A DNA stretch of 64,000 nt, from the IMG/VR virus record IMGVR_UViG_3300030106_003254. The stretch is one strand, 5' to 3'. Positions within the stretch are counted from its first letter, which is position 1. Each line of letters opens with the position of its first letter. Source of the stretch: an uncultured virus (IMG/VR IMGVR_UViG_3300030106_003254) (lineage: Duplodnaviria; Heunggongvirae; Uroviricota; Caudoviricetes). Both the position numbers and the translations under genes were made by a program. Below the pieces are notes generated by a model, which ran no database searches, was not told the origin of the DNA, and saw only the letters and a list, made by a program, of their open reading frames with translations. This document shows, in pieces, positions 57,901 through 64,000 of this stretch.

Positions 57901-60105
57901 CTTGGACCGCTAGCCGATTTATATGCCCCTAGCTATATAGTTGAGGGTATACAAGGTTTGGGTAGAAAAGATCCGGGAGAGGTATTGACTCTAGCTATGC
58001 GGACAGCTTCTTGGACTATGGCTAACTTAACATCCAGAAGACCTAGAACTCACGTAAGAAACTTTTTAGGAAACCCGATGTTCTTAGTTGCGTCAGGTAT
58101 GCCATTAAATGCTATAGGGCACATTTTCCGCCCACTGTTGTCAACTGTAAGAGCTGATAAAACGCCTTTTGTGGGAAGGTTTTTAGGTAGATCAGCGGGA
58201 GGGCAGGCTTTTAGAGACGCCTTAGCTCACTCAATGGGGGTTAATGATGACAGTATGATAAGAAAGTTATTAGGAACTTCTGAAGGGCCTTTATCAGTAC
58301 GCAGTGAAGAAGTCACGAAACTTAGAGATAGGTGGGCAGAGCTCGGTGTTACTAACCAAGATTTAATTTCTAATATAAGACAAGAGTTGGCTGAAGCGAT
58401 GGGGGTAGAAAACATAGACCCGGTACTAGGTTTATCTAGCCCGGGTAAAGGTGTTGGTGAGTTAGGTAAGAAATGGAGACAAATTGATGGGGTATTGAAT
58501 CAATTATATGCCGCTGAAGACGAATACTGGAAAATCACTGCGTTTGAAGGTCAGTTAAATAAATTAGCCAGTGTGTTTGGGCTTAGTAACAAACCCGTCA
58601 ACACTGAAATAATATATGGGCCATTAGTTCTTAGGGAGAAGTTGAGTCAAATGACTGAGGAGCAAGCTAATAATATTCTTGGAACTTACAAAGCAAACAC
58701 TCCGACGGAAGTTGAATTGAGGAAGATTGATCCTAAAGCGGCTGCTATAGACGCTTTAGAGAAAGCCGCTGCTGAAAATGTTAGGTTAACTATGCCTAAC
58801 TATTCAAATACAATAGATTATATCCGAAGACTGAAGAAACTAAACTTAAACGCTTTAGTCGCTCCGTTCATTTCATTCCAAGCTGAGATGCTACGTATTA
58901 TGTTCCAAACACCTACGATGGTTGTAGATGAACTTAAGTTAGCTAATGATTTAAGGGCTAGAGGTTTGACTAACGAAGCTAGTAAAATGGCGTCGATGGC
59001 TTTTAACAGAGGTGCTTGGTACGGCATTTCTACCGCAGCCGGAGCTAAAGGAGTCTCTCTTTTGGCTACTACAATATTTACAGTATTTGAAGGTATTAAA
59101 CAGTTCATGTCTGAAGATGATGAGGAGTTTAACTTTGATGCCGTCTTGAAAGAAAGATTAGCTATGGCTGTTAATGGTCAGCTAGAAAAAGATACACAGC
59201 GTTTTCTAACGAGTTGGTACAGGCGAGGACATATAGCCGTCCTAGATATAGACAGAGAAAAAGGTAAAACAACGTGGTCTGACATATCTCATTTGGTGCC
59301 TCAGTCAGATGTTACGGCTCCGATAGCAAACTTACTAGCTTCTTTCCAAGGTACAGTCGATGAGTCTGTCAGAAGAAATCTTTTTGAAGGTATGGTAGAG
59401 ACTATAGGTCCTTACTTCGCTAAACAGATATGGCTTCAAGCTATCTTAGGAACAGATTCTAGAGATAGTACTCTTCAGGAAATCAATCAAAACTTTATAC
59501 CAATCGGTTTAAGTGACAGAATTCTAACGACTGCTAAAACTGCCATACCCGGATTTGCTACAGACGCTTATTCGCTTTTAAAGGCGATGTCTAAAGGAGA
59601 GACTACTGTAAGAGGGAGGGTTATAACACCTTTCCAAGAATTTATGAGTGCTGGTCTGGGTCAGAAAGTTATAACTTCTGACATGAAAGATCGATTGAAC
59701 CGTAGATTAAAATTCACAGCAGCGGGTTTAAGAGATGCTAAGACTGGTTTTAGAGACGTCATAAGGGGAGGTACCACAACAACTCCTGACGAAGTCGAAG
59801 CAGAAACCTTAAAGTGGCAGCAAAATAGACAAGAATTTATTCGCCGAGCCTATAAAGATATACTTGCAGCTAAAAGAACTCACTTGACTGAAGAAGATGT
59901 CGAAATGGTTCTCGAAGAAAGTAGCTTGAGCTCCAGCGATAAAGACATGATATTTAACGGATACTACACACCATCTTATTTGACGGGAACTGATTACAAA
60001 GATGGCGAAGCACAAGATAAAGAATTTGGTACTTCAAGTATCCCCGCCGCAGAAAAAATATTAAACGATTACAAAGAAATAACTTTCGATGAGCAAGAAG
60101 ACTAA
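48916..60105 (+). CDS. giant internal virion / large polyvalent protein with zincin metallopeptidase motif (3729 aa)
   Basis: uninterrupted ORF; HEILH at 54718-54732 after VAGYY...EIAI; Gly/Ala-rich hydrophobic segments. Confidence 0.7.
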   Translation: MANVPFWKDIESNENYINAPVEDKLTILDGWEKDRYAEGVFTSPESKMHFEAAVFGVREKLSNPEGTDEEILQGITRRKQFQTFDYRNRFEETRKRDARINAQSLGRSTYLNEDIVFSDAENNWIKNNNVNQNLSNDWVIRRGLNEDDPEDYEVNYALALLGKDEFSNRINAQDNLSQSDKNRIISNYKNYEIGAYEDLFTSISSKQVGTTGNTFQEDEDDDEILVESNPMFLTKDRLNNYRKKASTEPDDMEAVVDNIVLAWGDRRGLNKEELLNRDNPLRENIKNFYKDSLLEHREVWQDGEVARQNSAGEWVLNKKWTGDLSLTEEQVREKVEKSSLDIPKEVLESFLIEKGVKDDVVAQNLIDQVYMTFEGEPSWFTPAFAKELYTFIEANKDKDWTAKDIVREYQKEFKGVGFFGKSIDFVQSAMTGAAYIFGDAAAGGIGMARNLMGDKEGEELLAARRQFQQSKDAMDKLSGNKWGSMLGGEAALILATLGGSSTFRAGSALFDQSRIVRLGNNTKKLKAVNKRLDGIANNLENGDILNDIGKLKRFTNRVAGETYAGLQASRSMTGFYSDSYFTRKENLMSEGMDEDEAGDLASRTSIGPSLLAGAVTWGLMKLIPGGAEDAFTNFSTLTTKQLAAKMNISPKKLGELLKNDKFKDAAKGFLREQGRLKTLTSSGAGGFIVGGVKESVEEGLDEFFQGVNAMVTYNQELTMDDVLSGAFEGAIVGGILGASISGPISLRNRNISQFDPEIQARVQRLNDLAVQLETTNPETAQALNEKQEELINNAESTLEPVSEEEIASEVEELQEAQASVFNESLNKAQEIIAGDGTNTEKAEALNSLAAEIYPTFQDNVGLFKTFRDRVSASSGGDIRNAGLFPDADTLALQALTESLNQDGVTPQGTPTKRFIIPKARSILSAADDSNDQVDTNLLGALDVALSLPEAEMFLNRRAGVKSNKDGAITKRLNGFLNTFNSTLDSFNNAVEASRLDPQNAEKLDAITRAANQFREAIKSFYKTSRQSYNRTLKKTYKEVPSRNTIITSAQEGEAVPIANILNYVDTKNKFLDLPTFEKLNVTSAIPGDAFTSLSAEDNIFINEIENLEGFSEVDRSNEQQLEEFIERAANELEVTDPSVKAYAFNRLVERVSTRPTTPTETPVEPTDEDLTTDSFRNWVINTKGIDVNEVTNMDQAIALWEEFSSEVAQDLDPSQAGRDIRNVFGTFGVDQTPAQEDMGEESTVEDPELTEETQPPSVEQDVIETLLDVDSAKEIKDLIDEAAEIRQPGDLEALKDTVNFIGDFFSSIDVGQTLGSVTNTNDLLGLEDVATLKAEVDSDLEAILKYYNTLTKRKLNIPNLLDIRTEEQLADVEDKYMVSLQDATTIGKENGAEIHAKFMSGQGVYLTPSSFVYATGEKANQSRRRFGSNEKNMALKNNKALREKYPIIEEVPEGTVVKKISIQGLRDKYSGKNVSYKELVETDRSSVILGKNPLLYKYFLVLDGNGEFVFTNNPYTVAAWFSYSPKKGERSGPIEIPKGFDIDQLNPAFIRDKNNTGNKIIGVRVNFPSLSKPNELAVVEAGGTSLADLHAKNAKNEGGKKRKGTTQPYNQELDKLIEAFGATPDPDQKITLTPEEYKWLGLPEDSRQSMLMALETAWNRNTESARLKGLERVEVQGKRKFMARALLSILKTRIAKQAGGNIGDAENLRALWTRFELNFNEYSYTKAFKDLVNKYPSKAPILGDLGIVGLFSTENTAKSELKYIGDYQTEGLEGNWGNVEELISRTVSKEGTGTRAKRHTTPINEASMSMVSKAFEDVSNTPFDGLTDKTRRKIKASVRKEIEELGLVDGDPESLRVALNRIVIGAQEGKYLENYGNVAKMLLDSGLDLSNINFKIGIEAKVAGYYKPNKTGSGGEIAISNNIDNGRGVHDLVTHEILHSVLDNIISNPSPEQEIAILAIDTLIDKGRIYFEDFVANRRGGARRAFWQAAAESADFDIEVIKRLVDESNSPIKEELNLDNDTPSDLDYRNIYRNIRVEELKGAAYYDDVSQLRHAFGVNPDGTFRDTVSTRKEFIAHFLTDPTVTWFLSETDRLSSSGTLLDKLIRGVNRAITLSPPDERESFLRIFLSKTDGSENYIDLATIKNIRDITGLSEQDIEDARNYRESVAAFTGEPISYSESQEVIDYWDSLNTNSPARTVAAAFNVSIVPSDNVGTPEVYDSNVVMVPKGYYPEVERDILSKVVETAYTQSYATGRRTQVAGGFVQSSPDSADTISNMMETAGSFEGLMGDLVADAYYGKESSEELGYGYPLSSLRNHILAGNFGQRVASQLDQIMGAMDNIIPNARKYADDAFINGNNSFHRVTAATAIRKFNLNVSPDSYIDLFKTAVETRTSFEDLLDENFIVEEDRNDLEKIKEYHIEQLNKYSESSDPDTVAAAALEKDLLGLTSNTSFSEAQTAFEPDEDQKRRGSIFSRLFKIPQDPKNKFEKGDPLPLAADYLGVVSAGATLDTKGKETLVRKFLGRNNLVIKNLDRFLQGMSVSGRAGAVFQKQSQELRNNLSKRTVQARNFDLSIRSLIAKGTGDKEFKQLDKLASGYKDVFLERTWGVDSAGEQLAQDINTTLGTTDDDAIVDEFIRETDYTNDPNYALNLRDERNKKIKIASGIKARKSLQADKIEKEDGNPDRADKIRSEARAEMNKQVDEANDAYHSLWVDLYKAAADHFREKQEVAFRRVKQFDEYINQDKELTKDNSLYVNLRQLRGVVTDLQKDITKDSLLADVLGNNLPRNLRAKLGASEDVYLTKTYQALDNSRGYGDWIQSVDEEAQERYRVGFDYFADQIAEEQTDKLKPEENNLSRVFVKNALRKQVDSQEVKLRLQNFLESFQRSPRGTTLGLSNPKVLAPRKPIDAPLRKFVGEYEDNIYNASRTLTTLSALVENNRFLNNIKTSLESAQAKAREDGNRDVVFITDKAAVAQNNGLVKFHIADRKGLVSREQLGPLADLYAPSYIVEGIQGLGRKDPGEVLTLAMRTASWTMANLTSRRPRTHVRNFLGNPMFLVASGMPLNAIGHIFRPLLSTVRADKTPFVGRFLGRSAGGQAFRDALAHSMGVNDDSMIRKLLGTSEGPLSVRSEEVTKLRDRWAELGVTNQDLISNIRQELAEAMGVENIDPVLGLSSPGKGVGELGKKWRQIDGVLNQLYAAEDEYWKITAFEGQLNKLASVFGLSNKPVNTEIIYGPLVLREKLSQMTEEQANNILGTYKANTPTEVELRKIDPKAAAIDALEKAAAENVRLTMPNYSNTIDYIRRLKKLNLNALVAPFISFQAEMLRIMFQTPTMVVDELKLANDLRARGLTNEASKMASMAFNRGAWYGISTAAGAKGVSLLATTIFTVFEGIKQFMSEDDEEFNFDAVLKERLAMAVNGQLEKDTQRFLTSWYRRGHIAVLDIDREKGKTTWSDISHLVPQSDVTAPIANLLASFQGTVDESVRRNLFEGMVETIGPYFAKQIWLQAILGTDSRDSTLQEINQNFIPIGLSDRILTTAKTAIPGFATDAYSLLKAMSKGETTVRGRVITPFQEFMSAGLGQKVITSDMKDRLNRRLKFTAAGLRDAKTGFRDVIRGGTTTTPDEVEAETLKWQQNRQEFIRRAYKDILAAKRTHLTEEDVEMVLEESSLSSSDKDMIFNGYYTPSYLTGTDYKDGEAQDKEFGTSSIPAAEKILNDYKEITFDEQED

Positions 60106-60382
60106 AGATCCAAGGTTAGCTAGAATAGGAGCCAGTAGATATAACCAAGCGGTAACCACCCCGGGGCATCCTACAAAATCTCATGCCGTAGTAGCTAAAA
60201 AAGACGGAAAAGTTAAACTAATCCGTTTTGGTGAAAAGGGTGCTAAGACTGCTGGTAAACCTAAAGCTGGTGAGTCTCGCAGAATGAAGATGAAACGTAA
60301 GTCTTTTAAAGCAAGACACGCTAAGAACATTGCAAGAGGACCTATGTCAGCAGCTTACTGGGCTAACAAGGTTAAATGGTAG
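60089..60382 (+). CDS. small basic conserved phage protein
   Basis: KLIRFG...RKSFKARH...SAAYWANKVKW pattern common in marine phages. Confidence 0.75.
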   Translation: MSKKTKDPRLARIGASRYNQAVTTPGHPTKSHAVVAKKDGKVKLIRFGEKGAKTAGKPKAGESRRMKMKRKSFKARHAKNIARGPMSAAYWANKVKW

Positions 60383-60457
60383 AACCCCCAGACATACCTA
60401 TTCCAATATTAATAGGTTTGATTATCCTTCTTTTGATTCTTGTGCTGCGATAAGCAA

Positions 60458-60679
60458 CTAATAGCCGTAACCACCGGAACTCTTCTTAGCCTTCTTAGAG
60501 ACTATCTTTTTCTTAAGCATTTTAGCTCCAGAGCTTTTACCTTGTTTATCTTTTTCGCCTTTCTTGTGCATCCAACCTTTGTTTTTTAATTTTAAATGCT
60601 CCTCGTATGATTTAGTCATCCTACCCGGACCCCCATCGGGGGGATACATCATGTGATGTTTGTAGTCTGCTTTCTTCAT
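60458..60679 (-). CDS. small lysine-rich protein
   Basis: HMMY...HLKLKNKGWMH pattern; C/A-rich repeat leader. Confidence 0.65.
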   Translation of the reverse strand: MKKADYKHHMMYPPDGGPGRMTKSYEEHLKLKNKGWMHKKGEKDKQGKSSGAKMLKKKIVSKKAKKSSGGYGY

Positions 60680-60714
60680 GTGTTGGGTTTTGGGTGTTGG
60701 GTGTTGAGTAGAGT

Positions 60715-60909
60715 TTAGTCTGTCTCAACGATATCAAGTCCGATACAAAACTTAGGAGGTATTACTTTAGCTTGAACATCTACTCCTACGCTTACTGAAG
60801 GATTTGTAAATGGTACAGGTAAAGAAGCTCCTGTGTTTATGGACTCACATGACACGCCGCAAGCTAGAATAAAAGCGGCCCCTAATAGCTTAACAATCTT
60901 ATAGTTCAT
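60715..60909 (-). CDS. small putative lipoprotein
   Basis: basic N-terminus, hydrophobic stretch and Cys (ILAC or GVSC). Confidence 0.55.
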   Translation of the reverse strand: MNYKIVKLLGAAFILACGVSCESINTGASLPVPFTNPSVSVGVDVQAKVIPPKFCIGLDIVETD

Positions 60910-60943
60910 TCATTAATTAAACACCATTTATACGTAATTGCAA

Positions 60944-61302
60944 CTAAGCACCCCACATAACCCTTACCCTGAACATTTCCCTACGAACCCAGCCATATAT
61001 CTGTCCGTTTAAGTCCTTATACTGCATTCTAAAGGATATATACTCGTTAAAGTTGCTTCTAAGCGGCGCATACGGCCTAAACCACTCGTAATTTGGGTCT
61101 ATAACGTTGTTTTCATCTACTTGCTTAACCTCGACTATGTACCAAATAGGTCGGTCAAAAGTAGAATCTGAAATCCAACCTAAAGTTACCGTCCCACTAT
61201 AGATGTCATGTTCTATAGTTATTTCAGGTACTGGNNNNNNNNNNCGTCTGCTTGAAGTAATGGGGCTATACTACAAAACAGGGCTGTTAACAGCCATCTC
61301 AC
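60944..61302 (-). CDS. secreted protein spanning an assembly gap
   Basis: GTG start MRWLLTALFCSIAPLLQAD, N gap 61235-61244, then PVPEITIEH...EMFRVRVMWGA stop; missed by the ORF track. Confidence 0.6.
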
Positions 61303-61303
61303 A

Positions 61304-61597
61304 TTAATGCTCCTTTGGCACTCCGTTATATAATTTCGACATTACTTTGTCCATATCCATTTCTAACATTCCTATTTTTAAATCTTGCCTAACATCCGAT
61401 GGTAAAGATCCAGACCCCCACTTACCTGCGGGCCATAGTTTAACAAACTCTGAGTTCTCGCTTACGTCTTTAGCAATCATCTGGATTTGAAAATCGTTGT
61501 GCTGAACTTCGGATTGTAGTTTAGAAGCCCACCACACAATGCCAGCAGCCTGTACTACAAGACCTATTCCTAGTGATAATATTGTTTTAGTGTCCAT
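61304..61597 (-). CDS. membrane-anchored hypothetical protein
   Basis: N-terminal TM helix ILSLGIGLVVQAAGIVWW. Confidence 0.7.
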   Translation of the reverse strand: MDTKTILSLGIGLVVQAAGIVWWASKLQSEVQHNDFQIQMIAKDVSENSEFVKLWPAGKWGSGSLPSDVRQDLKIGMLEMDMDKVMSKLYNGVPKEH

Positions 61598-61599
61598 GT

Positions 61600-61839
61600 T
61601 TAAGCTGATCTAGCTCTTCGTATAGTCCCTGCTCTGTAAGCTCGTGCTTCGGCTTCGGTGTAAGGCACTCTTTTAGCTCCCGGATGTTTTCTTTTCTTCC
61701 CTACATCCCCACCCAACATATCTCGAGAGTCTCTAGGTAAGTACCTTTCGCCTGTTTCAGAAGACTTTTTTCCAGACGCAGTGCCCCAGTCTTCCTTAGT
61801 CCAATCAATTAGATCTTGCTGTGACTTTTTATACGCCAT
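61600..61839 (-). CDS. DUF5872-like protein, C-terminal half
   Basis: SQQDLIDWTKEDWGT..GKKS..TGERYLP motif. Confidence 0.6.
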   Translation of the reverse strand: MAYKKSQQDLIDWTKEDWGTASGKKSSETGERYLPRDSRDMLGGDVGKKRKHPGAKRVPYTEAEARAYRAGTIRRARSA

Positions 61840-62024
61840 CAGTTAGTATATCCTCCCCCTGCTTTTTTGTACTGCATTGCCAACAGTTGGGCTTTACGTG
61901 CAGACCACTGTCCCGGCTTACCTCCTTTTGTTCCTGCTAAAATCTTACGGAAAAGCCTTTTACGCATTCCGGGCTTAGTATAATTACCCGCTTTGTTAAC
62001 AGTAGATTTCTTTTTCTTAGCCAT
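61839..62024 (-). CDS. DUF5872-like protein, N-terminal half
   Basis: YTKPGMRKR...GGKPGQWSARKAQLLA..YKKAGGGY motif. Confidence 0.65.
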   Translation of the reverse strand: MAKKKKSTVNKAGNYTKPGMRKRLFRKILAGTKGGKPGQWSARKAQLLAMQYKKAGGGYTN

Positions 62025-62025
62025 A

Positions 62026-62334
62026 TTAATTTTTGTATGGAGAACTTATTGTCCAAGAAGACCTGTCTATATTTGGCGTGTTTATAAACAAAGGCATATT
62101 ATCTCCTTTAGTTCCTGCCACGTTGTACCAAAAGTATTCAGTAGCTTCTTCTTCGGACATCCCATCTTCCATAAGAATTTTAATACTTTTCTCGATAGAG
62201 TATACAGCTCTAGGAGAACTATCTTCGCCAGCAATACCTACAAAAGCACCATCTAATTCATCAGGTATAATTACTTCGGCTTCTTCGTCTGAAACTACAG
62301 TTCCAATAAATTCCTCAATGTCATCCCTTGTCAT
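62026..62334 (-). CDS. conserved acidic phage protein
   Basis: DGAFVGI...AVYS...GMSEEEATEYF.YN..G pattern. Confidence 0.7.
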   Translation of the reverse strand: MTRDDIEEFIGTVVSDEEAEVIIPDELDGAFVGIAGEDSSPRAVYSIEKSIKILMEDGMSEEEATEYFWYNVAGTKGDNMPLFINTPNIDRSSWTISSPYKN

Positions 62335-62434
62335 GTTTTTTCTTTTTTACCCAAGGAGCGGTAGTTATATTAGGTTTTTTGGCTGTGGACTTTTTTGCTC
62401 CAGTCTTTTTAGGTTGTTTTCCGTATTTAGCCAT
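62321..62434 (-). CDS. very small lysine-rich protein (37 aa)
   Basis: ATG 62434 lies 5 nt after an extended -10 TGGTATCTT. Confidence 0.45.
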   Translation of the reverse strand: MAKYGKQPKKTGAKKSTAKKPNITTAPWVKKKKHDKG

Positions 62435-62474
62435 AGTTAAAGATACCATAAATACGGATAAATCAAGTTTACAA

Positions 62475-62807
62475 TTAGGGAGCACTTGTGCTGAATAACC
62501 ATCCACATAGTTTAGGATTCCTTGTAAGAACAGTCCTTAACCCCGTAGCAGTTCTAGAAGTAAAAGATTCTTCGCTAGAACTGTCGGTTAATTCCATGTG
62601 GAAGTGTATTGCGTGTAATATTTCGTGAAGGAAAACGTCTTTTGTTCCGTCCGGGGGTAAATCATCCCGAACTAATATAAGTTGTTCACTCGTGTGACAC
62701 CTGCCCATTTCTTCGTCTGATAGGGTAGACGTTAGCTCTAGCTTATATTTATGAGCTAAAACATCTACATACTTGCAAGGAGGGTCGTTAGCCTTGGGTT
62801 TTTTCAT
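62475..62807 (-). CDS. small zinc metallopeptidase-like protein (ImmA/IrrE-like fold)
   Basis: GRC...ILVR...VFLHEILHAI...EE. Confidence 0.7.
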   Translation of the reverse strand: MKKPKANDPPCKYVDVLAHKYKLELTSTLSDEEMGRCHTSEQLILVRDDLPPDGTKDVFLHEILHAIHFHMELTDSSSEESFTSRTATGLRTVLTRNPKLCGWLFSTSAP

Positions 62808-63115
62808 TAGCCTTTACGTCCCCTTAAAGCTCTTTTACGCTTCATTCGAGCGAATGTAGCTTTTCTTGCCCCGTCAGATCTATTTTGTTTTCTATCTCCT
62901 AAACCAGCAATAGACCCATTTTTGTGGACTAAGTCTTTACCAGCAGGAGTTTTACCATAGTGGCCCATGGTTCGAGCACGTTTATTTAACTCTGATCTGT
63001 ATTTTCTACGCCTAGCAGAAGATTGATCTCGTTCGTACTCTTTCTTGTAATCTCTCTTTTTAATAGCCATAACTTGTTCCGGGGATACGATACAACGTAC
63101 CCCCGGACAAGTCAC
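62807..63115 (-). CDS. basic protein, degenerate HNH-like
   Basis: RDYKKEY...GKDLVHK...NR pattern; start may be the internal MAIKKR. Confidence 0.5.
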   Translation of the reverse strand: MTCPGVRCIVSPEQVMAIKKRDYKKEYERDQSSARRRKYRSELNKRARTMGHYGKTPAGKDLVHKNGSIAGLGDRKQNRSDGARKATFARMKRKRALRGRKG

Positions 63116-63131
63116 GGACGATTAAAGAACT

Positions 63132-63515
63132 TTAAGAGTCTTTCTTTTTAAGGAAATCCTCTATAACTCCTTCTAATAGAAGGTCTGACAGGTCTATACC
63201 TGCATCTTGACCGTCTTTATAGTCGAAGTTTAGTTCTATATTTCGCATCAATATCTCTCGAAAGTTGTCGGGAGACCCTTCAACAATCTCTAGAGTTTTT
63301 ACTGTAGACACAAAGAATTGAACTAAGCCCTGCATTACATCAAAAGCTTTGATTTCTTTGTCGTCTAGAGCACCTGCAAAGGCAGCGATTAATTCCTCTG
63401 CAAGTTCGCACCCTACCTCAGTAGGTTCATGTACGAAGTTTTCGTCATCTAGTTCCATAGTAGAAACTTCATTTAGTCTGTTGTTCATGTTTATATTTAA
63501 CTCGCGCCTTGTCAC
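63132..63515 (-). CDS. acidic hypothetical protein
   Basis: ORF in a packed minus-strand cluster; start uncertain. Confidence 0.6.
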   Translation of the reverse strand: MTRRELNINMNNRLNEVSTMELDDENFVHEPTEVGCELAEELIAAFAGALDDKEIKAFDVMQGLVQFFVSTVKTLEIVEGSPDNFREILMRNIELNFDYKDGQDAGIDLSDLLLEGVIEDFLKKKDS

Positions 63516-63687
63516 GAGCTTGTAGTCGCCTCGTAATGAGGCGTATTAATTCCGATCCGTCTCCTGTACTAAAGACTTTGGGAAACTTTTTGTTCCTCCA
63601 ACTTCTTGGCTTAGCTTCATACCAGCCATCCATACGAATAACTAGTTTAACAAGCCGTAGCATGAAACGATGTTTGATCGACATCAA
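63469..63687 (-). CDS. basic hypothetical protein
   Basis: 72-aa ORF coupled by ATGA overlap. Confidence 0.55.
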   Translation of the reverse strand: MMSIKHRFMLRLVKLVIRMDGWYEAKPRSWRNKKFPKVFSTGDGSELIRLITRRLQARDKARVKYKHEQQTK

Positions 63688-63881
63688 TCTGGTTGAATTA
63701 TGGTAGTTTCTTTTTCTGGGGTTTCTTCACCAGCCCCTGCGTCCTCGTCGCTTTCAGTCGAAGGCGGCGGAAATACGACGTTATGCCAGTAATCCAAGAG
63801 GATTTTTTTGGCTTTGTTGTATCTCGTTTGGAGCGAGGGGATTGCATTTTTTATATTATCTTCTAGATCTGCTAGTTTCAC
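63684..63881 (-). CDS. hypothetical protein
   Basis: 65-aa ORF in the same cluster. Confidence 0.5.
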   Translation of the reverse strand: MKLADLEDNIKNAIPSLQTRYNKAKKILLDYWHNVVFPPPSTESDEDAGAGEETPEKETTIIQPD

Positions 63882-64000
63882 TAATGATGCCAGAGGGTTT
63901 GTTAGTACCTGTTTCTCAATGTAATCAAAGTAACTTTGATCTTTGTTACGGGTTAGTGCTTTTACAGCTTCTAACCCGAACTCATTAAGAACTGTGGCTA

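Noticed and set aside
169..60015. Many short antisense or alternate-frame ORFs in the track, e.g. 169..462, 12190..12618, 50640..51044
   Set aside because: They shadow long genes with clear motifs and have no recognisable features
61235..61244. Apparent frameshift or pseudogene
   Set aside because: It is a 10-N assembly gap of unknown true length
1..64000. Alternative genetic code or prophage context
   Set aside because: Long ORFs are intact under the standard code with all three stops used; no integrase or host genes seen

Overview
The window is a large part of a tailed dsDNA bacteriophage genome, probably podovirus-like and aquatic, with a Gram-negative host (overlapping lipoprotein/spanin-like genes; weak hints of Verrucomicrobiota). 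Layout: (1) 1-4.6 kb, minus-strand early-type small basic genes, with a TerS-like gene on the opposite strand and a ~550-nt densely structured non-coding stretch preceded by an rRNA-type boxA; (2) a G-rich possible terminus/pac site and an iteron-like repeat cluster at 4.6-5.15 kb; (3) a minus-strand replication module (primase-helicase, family A DNA polymerase, SSB-like protein, SNF2 helicase fused to a Cas4-like nuclease, RuvC-like resolvase, RHH regulator); (4) a plus-strand virion module (TerL, portal, scaffold, major capsid, two giant tail fibres, lysis cassette, tail and ejection proteins including a 3729-aa protein); (5) small, mostly minus-strand genes at 60-64 kb. No integrase, RNA polymerase, reverse transcriptase, CRISPR array or canonical tRNA was recognised. 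The most novel-looking signals are RNA-level: a tandem pair of covarying three-way-junction RNAs between the SSB and polymerase genes whose variable loops match early-gene leaders, the boxA-led structured region, and a structured capsid 5' UTR. All assignments come from reading motifs by eye; no searches or folding programs were run.
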